A stretch of 64,000 nt of DNA, taken from Candidatus Latescibacterota bacterium. Its GTDB lineage: Bacteria; Latescibacterota; UBA2968. Under the pieces are notes generated by a model that saw only the letters and a list, made by a program, of their open reading frames with translations, did not search any database and was not told the DNA's origin. The stretch covers positions 1,408,001 to 1,472,000 of the forward strand of contig OZ242320.1 of NCBI GenBank assembly GCA_965208125.1, given 5' to 3'. A program made the position numbers and the translations under genes. Shown here piece after piece: positions 58,525 to 64,000 of this stretch (positions are counted from its first letter, which is position 1; the number at the start of each line of letters is the position of its first letter).

Positions 58525-60882
58525 TCAACGCCGTCGTTCACCACCCCGCCTCTCGCGCCTATTCTGTCGCGCATCATCGCCCTGATTTTGCCGTTGTCTC
58601 TCGGCCATCTGCGGCGACGGTTCCAACCTGAAAATAGCCTCGCGCTTCACGGATTGACCACTCAACAAATCCGTCACTTCAACCTCAACCTGATTGAGAC
58701 CCAGGATCATCTTTTTTGAATCCAACTCCAGATGAATCGGCTCCCAAACATCTCGCCCCACATGCTCATAACTCACCGCCACCTGTGGTTTTTTACCCCT
58801 GGCCATCAATCTTTTGAACCCCCCACTCAACAGTCCAAAAATCGAAGACCCCGACCGCACATCCTGCTGAATCGTATAGGACACTTTGTATCGCGTCTGC
58901 CCAAATTCATCGCGTTTTAAATTATAGACCTCATAATAAACGAACACACTGCGATCATTCACAAAACTGCGCGACGGCATGGGCATCACCCACACATCGG
59001 CCTTGCGGTATTTGTCGTGAAACCCCTCTTCCTCACTAATGGACCACGCCAATTCCAGATCGCTCATCGCCAGTGAATCGGAAAAAGTCGGGGCTTCCAA
59101 ATCCTGCACATAAACCCCCCACTTGCCCGAATTTACATCGGCCAGATGCACCGCCATGCGATAGGTGCCAGGAGGCACTTCCAGATAAGCCAGATCGGGC
59201 ACAAATGTTCCCTTCTTCAACAGCGTGGAATCAATACCCCCAAAATGCAAATCATCCCGAGTCCGAAACACCTCCTCGCCCTCATCGTCCGAAATTACCA
59301 CCGAACGGCGCACATGCCCATTCTCATTTTCAATATCCACCTCCAGTGTCGGCACCCCGTAATACACCTCGACTCCGGTCTTGCCCTCTTCTCTTCTAAA
59401 ACGCGCCACATCGTAATAAAACTCCAGAGGTTCAATCCCCGGCGGCAAATCAAAATACTCCGGTGTCGAAGCCACCACATCGTTCAACACTGCGCCCGGA
59501 TGGGTTCGCAAAAGCGCGGACAGCCGCGCGCCCGACATCCGCGAACCATCTGGCAGCGGGGGAAACTGCCACTTGCCATTGAGCAACTCATCCACAAACA
59601 CAAACTCCACACCACCGCCGACCTGTGTGTAAATCCACGACTCCCACGGCACCGACCGCTCGTTAAACGCGACGGGATAAGCCGGTTCAATCAAATCAAC
59701 GTCTAACGCCTGTTTGTAATCTTCAAGCTCCTGTTCCTCATCCACACCACCAAAAAACGACTCCTCAGTCATGTCACCCGACTCTACAAAACCACCCGCA
59801 ATATCCAGAGCCAATCGCTCCTTCACCGCCTCAGCCTCGGCACTCGGCACTGCATTGGGCGCGTGTGAACGCGATCGATAATCCGGCTCCCCATACCGAA
59901 TATATACCTCGCCGCGCCGGTCCCACGGCTGTACCCCTTTCGCAAAATGCGTCCGCGCGAACCACACCCGGCGATAGTGTTCTGCCTCTCGCGCAAGACC
60001 ACCCGATATCAGCGTCAAATCGCGTTTGCGCCAAAACGTCGTCAAAAACGCTACGCGTTCTTCTTCGGGCAGCGATTCATACACCTTCAACTCCTCCGGC
60101 CTTGCCACCAGTTGCAAATCTTTATAGAGCGCCCGTTCTTCTGCTGGAATCGCATCGAAATACTGCGCGAACAACGCCAATGCCCGATCCGGATCGCCCA
60201 TACCCGCGTGAGCTTGTGCAAGCAGCGCCAACAGTCGCGCTTCGCCCGGATTCTTCATCAACGCCATCTCACCAATCCCAACGACAGACCGGTAATTCTG
60301 CTCCTCGGTATAAGAAACCGCCAATCCGTAAAGCGCATCGACATCACCCGGCCTCAGCCTCAGATACTTTTCGTACAACAGACGAATCTCGCCGTAATAC
60401 ATCTCGAAATTGTTATTGACATACCAATCCGCCAATTCCAGATACACCGGCGCGTAATCTGGCGCCAGTGCAATCACGCGGCGAAACGCATCCTCAGCAT
60501 CCAGATCGCGCAGCATTACCTTTGCCCGAGCCAGATACAACTCGGCATCTATCGACTTCGGATCCTTTGCGCGCGCCATCCGAAAATACGGCAATCCCTG
60601 TCGCGCCCGCGTTGGTCCCCTCGCCATATACACCCGTCCCAACCCCACATAAGCCTCTGCCGATCCGGCATACCGAATCCCCTTGCGAAACGCACTATCG
60701 GCCTTCTCGATCTCCCCCGCATTGAGATACAAATTACCCAGCACAACCCATGCAGCGCCATCTTTGGGCGCAGCTTTCACGGCTTCTTCCAAAACAGACA
60801 GCGAATCCACAACCTCTGAAGTTGTCTGCCCAGCGAATAATAGAAACAAAATAACCCACAAATTCAGTATCAAATATTTCAT
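58525..60882 (-). CDS. Secreted TPR-repeat plus GWxTD-domain protein (paralog of 34982-37462)
   Basis: FW..RD, EHYRRV.FA, PWDRRGEVYIRYGEPDYRSRS, WESW.Y, YYEVYNL..D.FGQTRY. Confidence 0.88.
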   Translation of the reverse strand: MKYLILNLWVILFLLFAGQTTSEVVDSLSVLEEAVKAAPKDGAAWVVLGNLYLNAGEIEKADSAFRKGIRYAGSAEAYVGLGRVYMARGPTRARQGLPYFRMARAKDPKSIDAELYLARAKVMLRDLDAEDAFRRVIALAPDYAPVYLELADWYVNNNFEMYYGEIRLLYEKYLRLRPGDVDALYGLAVSYTEEQNYRSVVGIGEMALMKNPGEARLLALLAQAHAGMGDPDRALALFAQYFDAIPAEERALYKDLQLVARPEELKVYESLPEEERVAFLTTFWRKRDLTLISGGLAREAEHYRRVWFARTHFAKGVQPWDRRGEVYIRYGEPDYRSRSHAPNAVPSAEAEAVKERLALDIAGGFVESGDMTEESFFGGVDEEQELEDYKQALDVDLIEPAYPVAFNERSVPWESWIYTQVGGGVEFVFVDELLNGKWQFPPLPDGSRMSGARLSALLRTHPGAVLNDVVASTPEYFDLPPGIEPLEFYYDVARFRREEGKTGVEVYYGVPTLEVDIENENGHVRRSVVISDDEGEEVFRTRDDLHFGGIDSTLLKKGTFVPDLAYLEVPPGTYRMAVHLADVNSGKWGVYVQDLEAPTFSDSLAMSDLELAWSISEEEGFHDKYRKADVWVMPMPSRSFVNDRSVFVYYEVYNLKRDEFGQTRYKVSYTIQQDVRSGSSIFGLLSGGFKRLMARGKKPQVAVSYEHVGRDVWEPIHLELDSKKMILGLNQVEVEVTDLLSGQSVKREAIFRLEPSPQMAERQRQNQGDDARQNRRERRGGERRR

Positions 60883-60999
60883 GTCAAATCCGTTCCTTTT
60901 TTGAGTTTTCGAGAAATCGACCTTTCATCGTTAGCCAGGACCGACCTCTCCGAGTTATGGATTTCGATAGCATTGGTTCATACATACCCTATTTGGCCC

Positions 61000-61017
61000 A
61001 TTTGCACAAGTGCAAAT
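61000..61017. promoter_or_regulatory. Perfect inverted repeat ATTTGCAC-AA-GTGCAAAT (possible operator or leader hairpin)
   Basis: Lies just downstream of the ECF-type promoter of GWxTD gene 2. Confidence 0.4.
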
Positions 61018-61032
61018 CTTCTATTGAACTTT

Positions 61033-61060
61033 ATAACGGATTGGGGAACATACGGGTTCC
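61033..61060 (-). promoter_or_regulatory. Putative ECF-sigma promoter upstream of GWxTD gene 2
   Basis: Minus strand GGAAC-N17-CGTTAT. Confidence 0.58.
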
Positions 61061-61230
61061 CTTCCTGTACCATGAAAATCCTCACACAATTTATTTTTCT
61101 TGACACAACGCCTTTTGCTTGACAATTAAAAACGCTTATAATAAATTTATTTGCAAACAAGAAAACTATTGCATTCTTGAACAACACATCTGTTCTTTTT
61201 TTGGATTACGATGGATTTGTTTCCAATGCC

Positions 61231-61326
61231 TGCAGATGCTCATAAGCACCTGCAAAACAGCAACTGCACTGTCTGTCCTCCCCCTTAGTTTATTAAGGCT
61301 ATTTGACAGTTGTGGTTGCTTTTTTT
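61231..61326 (+). promoter_or_regulatory. Structured nqr leader ending in a terminator-like hairpin and U7
   Basis: Hairpin 61231-61254 and long stem 61259-61320, downstream of TTGACA-N17-TAAATT (61119-61147). Confidence 0.45.
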
Positions 61327-61348
61327 ATTGCAAAATCTTGAGGACATT

Positions 61349-62701
61349 ATGGCATTGAAAAAAATTAAACAAGGGCTCGACCTTCCCATCAGCGGCGTAC
61401 CCGATCAATCCACAATACAAAATGGCGAGCCCGTCCAAACTGTGGCACTCCTGGGTGAAGATTATGTGGGCATGCGTCCCACAATAGTGGCGCAAGTGGG
61501 AGACCGCGTCAAACTCGGCGACGTATTGTTTACCGACAAAAAAATGGAAGGTGTTCTTTACACCTCACCCGGTGCAGGCGAGGTAATTGCCATAAACCGG
61601 GGGGCAAAACGCGCCTTCTTATCAACGGTCATCCGCCTGGAAGGCAACGATGAAATCACCTTTGAATCTCATCGAGAAGATGAAATCGACAACCTGGACC
61701 GGGAAATAGTCAAAGAACAACTCATCGCATCGGGACAGTGGACCGCCATGAGAGCGCGGCCATTTGGCAAAGTAGCCGATCCCGCGACAGAACCCCGATC
61801 CATCTTTGTCAACGCCATGGACACCAATCCCCTATCCCCGGACATGGCGCGTGTATTAGCTGGACAGGAAAGAAATTTCGCATTGGGTTTGAAAATCGTC
61901 TCAAAACTCGTGGATGGTACGATTTTTCTCTGCAGAGACCCCGACTTAGACCTGCCCGAAATCGACGACGACCGCATCCAGGTCGAAGAATTTACCGGAC
62001 CGCACCCTGCCGGATTGGTCGGCACGCACATCCACTTCTTAGACCCCGTACACCGCAACAAAACAGTCTGGCATATCGGCCTACAGGATGTCATAGCATG
62101 GGGGCATCTGTTCACAACCGGGCGGATAATGACCGAACGCATAGTCGCTCTGGCCGGACCAACAGTAAAACACCCCAAACTGATCCGCACTCGGATGGGC
62201 GCTTCAATAATGGATCTCGTAGAAGGCGAACTCGAAAACGTCGAAAATCGGGTCATCAGCGGCTCTGTCCTCTCCGGGCGCAAAGCAGATGAAACCCGCG
62301 CCTTTTTGGGGCGATATCACCAGCAGATCACCGCACTGGAAGAAGGCAACAAACGCGCCTTTTTGGGCTGGATCACGCCGGGATTCGAATTTTTCACCAT
62401 CAAGAACCTGGCACTGTCCAAAATGTTCTTCGGCCAACGCCTCAAATTAAACACCTCCACCAATGGCAGCCATCGCGCACTCGTGCCGCATGGCAATTAC
62501 GACGACGTCATGCCGCTGGACATCTTGCCCAACTTTTTGATTCGGGCACTCGTGACCCGCGACCTCGACGACGCCGAAAAACTCGGCATACTGGAATTGG
62601 AGGAAGAAGACCTATCACTATGCACATTCTCGTGCTCGTCAAAAATGGATTTTGGACCTATTCTGCGCGAAAATCTCACCGAAATTGAAAAGGAAGGATA
62701 G
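61349..62701 (+). CDS. nqrA: Na+-translocating NADH:quinone oxidoreductase subunit A
   Basis: [50 protein letters not shown]. Confidence 0.97.
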   Translation: MALKKIKQGLDLPISGVPDQSTIQNGEPVQTVALLGEDYVGMRPTIVAQVGDRVKLGDVLFTDKKMEGVLYTSPGAGEVIAINRGAKRAFLSTVIRLEGNDEITFESHREDEIDNLDREIVKEQLIASGQWTAMRARPFGKVADPATEPRSIFVNAMDTNPLSPDMARVLAGQERNFALGLKIVSKLVDGTIFLCRDPDLDLPEIDDDRIQVEEFTGPHPAGLVGTHIHFLDPVHRNKTVWHIGLQDVIAWGHLFTTGRIMTERIVALAGPTVKHPKLIRTRMGASIMDLVEGELENVENRVISGSVLSGRKADETRAFLGRYHQQITALEEGNKRAFLGWITPGFEFFTIKNLALSKMFFGQRLKLNTSTNGSHRALVPHGNYDDVMPLDILPNFLIRALVTRDLDDAEKLGILELEEEDLSLCTFSCSSKMDFGPILRENLTEIEKEG

Positions 62702-63900
62702 TGAAGCCCTTACGCGACTTATTGGACAAACAGGCAGAGCACTTCGAAGAAGGCGGCAAACTCGAAAAACTATATCCGTTTTACGAAGCCGGGGATACAT
62801 TCCTGTACACCCCCGGCGAAGTCACCCAGGCCGATGCACATGTGCGCGACGGCATGGACCTGAAGCGCATGATGATCACAGTCGTACTCTCGCTACAACC
62901 CTGTATTTTATTTGCCCTTTACAATACGGGCTTGCAAGCGAGCCTGGCCTATCAAAATATCGGTGCAATCGGCACTGGGGATTGGCACGTCTATCTCGCC
63001 CAGGCACTGGGCTTGTCCTTCCTGCCTTCCGATATACTCAGTTGTTTTGCGATTGGCGCCATTTATTTTGTACCCGTACAACTCGTAACCGTGGCCGCAG
63101 GCGGCATCTGTGAAGCCATCTTTGCAGTCATTCGCAAACACGAGATCAACGAGGGATTTCTCGTCACCAGCACGCTATTTCCCCTCACAATGCCGCCCCT
63201 GATACCCCTGTGGCAAGTTGCCATAGGCATCATCTTTGGCGTCGTAATAGGCAAAGAAATTTTCGGCGGCGTGGGAATGAACTTCTTAAATCCCGCGCTC
63301 ACGGGCCGCGCATTTCTCTATTTTGCCTATCCCGCGCAAATCTCGGGCGATGCAGTCTGGATCGCCGTCGATGGATACAGTCAGGCAACGCCATTGGCGG
63401 CCTATGCCGATACCCATATCCAGTTGGACTACACCTGGTGGGAGTCCTTTATCGGTCTGATTCCGGGATCCATGGGAGAAACCTCAACGCTTTGCTGTTT
63501 ATTGGGCGCAGGCGTTCTAATTCTCACACGCGTTGGCTCCTGGCAAATCATGGCCGGCGTAACCATCGGCATGATTGTATCTGCACTATTCTTCAACTGG
63601 ATCGGCAGCACCACCAATCCACTGCTCAACGTATCTCCAGCCTGGCATTTTGTCATCGGCGGCTTTGCATTTGGCACAGTATTTATGGCAACCGATCCGG
63701 TCAGCGCGGCCATGACGCGCCAGGGCAAATGGGTCTATGGCATTTTAATAGGCATCATGACAGTATTGATCCGCGTGACCAACCCGGCCTATCCCGAAGG
63801 CATCATGCTGGCCATATTATTCGCCAACGTATTCGCGCCCATCATCGACCGCGTCTTTATCGACCGCAATATCCAAAGGAGACTGGCCCGTGCAGAATGA
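62701..63900 (+). CDS. nqrB: Na+-translocating NADH:quinone oxidoreductase subunit B
   Basis: [36 protein letters not shown] (FMN site), MATDPVS. Confidence 0.97.
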   Translation: MKPLRDLLDKQAEHFEEGGKLEKLYPFYEAGDTFLYTPGEVTQADAHVRDGMDLKRMMITVVLSLQPCILFALYNTGLQASLAYQNIGAIGTGDWHVYLAQALGLSFLPSDILSCFAIGAIYFVPVQLVTVAAGGICEAIFAVIRKHEINEGFLVTSTLFPLTMPPLIPLWQVAIGIIFGVVIGKEIFGGVGMNFLNPALTGRAFLYFAYPAQISGDAVWIAVDGYSQATPLAAYADTHIQLDYTWWESFIGLIPGSMGETSTLCCLLGAGVLILTRVGSWQIMAGVTIGMIVSALFFNWIGSTTNPLLNVSPAWHFVIGGFAFGTVFMATDPVSAAMTRQGKWVYGILIGIMTVLIRVTNPAYPEGIMLAILFANVFAPIIDRVFIDRNIQRRLARAE

Positions 63901-64000
63901 CAGCATCCAAAAAACGATCTTTGTTGCGGTGGCCCTTTGTCTCGTCTGTTCTCTTTTTGTCTCACTATTTGCGGTATCCTTACACGATATTCAAAAAGAA
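63890..64000 (+). CDS. nqrC: Na+-NQR subunit C, 5' end (truncated by window edge)
   Basis: GTG start overlapping nqrB: [37 protein letters not shown]. Confidence 0.88.
   Translation, partial: MQNDSIQKTIFVAVALCLVCSLFVSLFAVSLHDIQKE

Noticed and set aside
60883-61030. GGAGAG...GAAAGG in the GWxTD-2 leader resembling a glycine riboswitch
   Set aside because: It lacks the CCGAAG and CUCUCAGG core, and the gene context does not fit.
32-63728. Numerous antisense or alternate-frame ORFs in the track (e.g. 32-577, 13494-14384, 35924-37033, 59947-60819, 61669-62283)
   Set aside because: They overlap well-supported genes and show no recognisable motifs; they are shadow ORFs.

Overview
Bacterial chromosomal window, about 50% GC by eye, with a strongly C/A-rich + strand. 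The gene content (GWxTD-TPR proteins, EF-hand/dockerin-like tagged secreted proteins, sulfatase, PL8 lyase, Na+-NQR, fused glyQS, Rpn remnant, several REP-like repeat families) suggests an FCB-group organism such as Latescibacterota/Gemmatimonadota; this is inference only. Most of the window is housekeeping or catabolic (pckA, icd, pyrB, glyQS, rsmD, nqrABC, transporters, hydrolases). The main signals are: (1) an uncalled 91-codon DUF5069-like gene at 38120-38395 with an in-frame TGA at a Cys-type position followed by a bacterial SECIS-like hairpin, i.e. a candidate selenoprotein; (2) an array at 53236-53651 of four apparent small RNA genes, each with a promoter-like motif and hairpin/U-tract, anti-SD-like loops, and one pair with an 11-nt perfect complement; (3) a GGAAC-N16/17-CGT ECF-type promoter motif shared by an sRNA unit and both GWxTD genes; (4) an accessory, defence-like island at 3980-9814 (TA pair, HEPN protein, membrane-anchored tandem-VOC protein plus duplicated PD-(D/E)xK-like glycine-zipper protein, orphan Rpn C-terminus); (5) attenuator-like leaders before pyrB and nqrA. 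No rRNA, tRNA or CRISPR array was seen. All family calls are by motif recognition; no searches were run.
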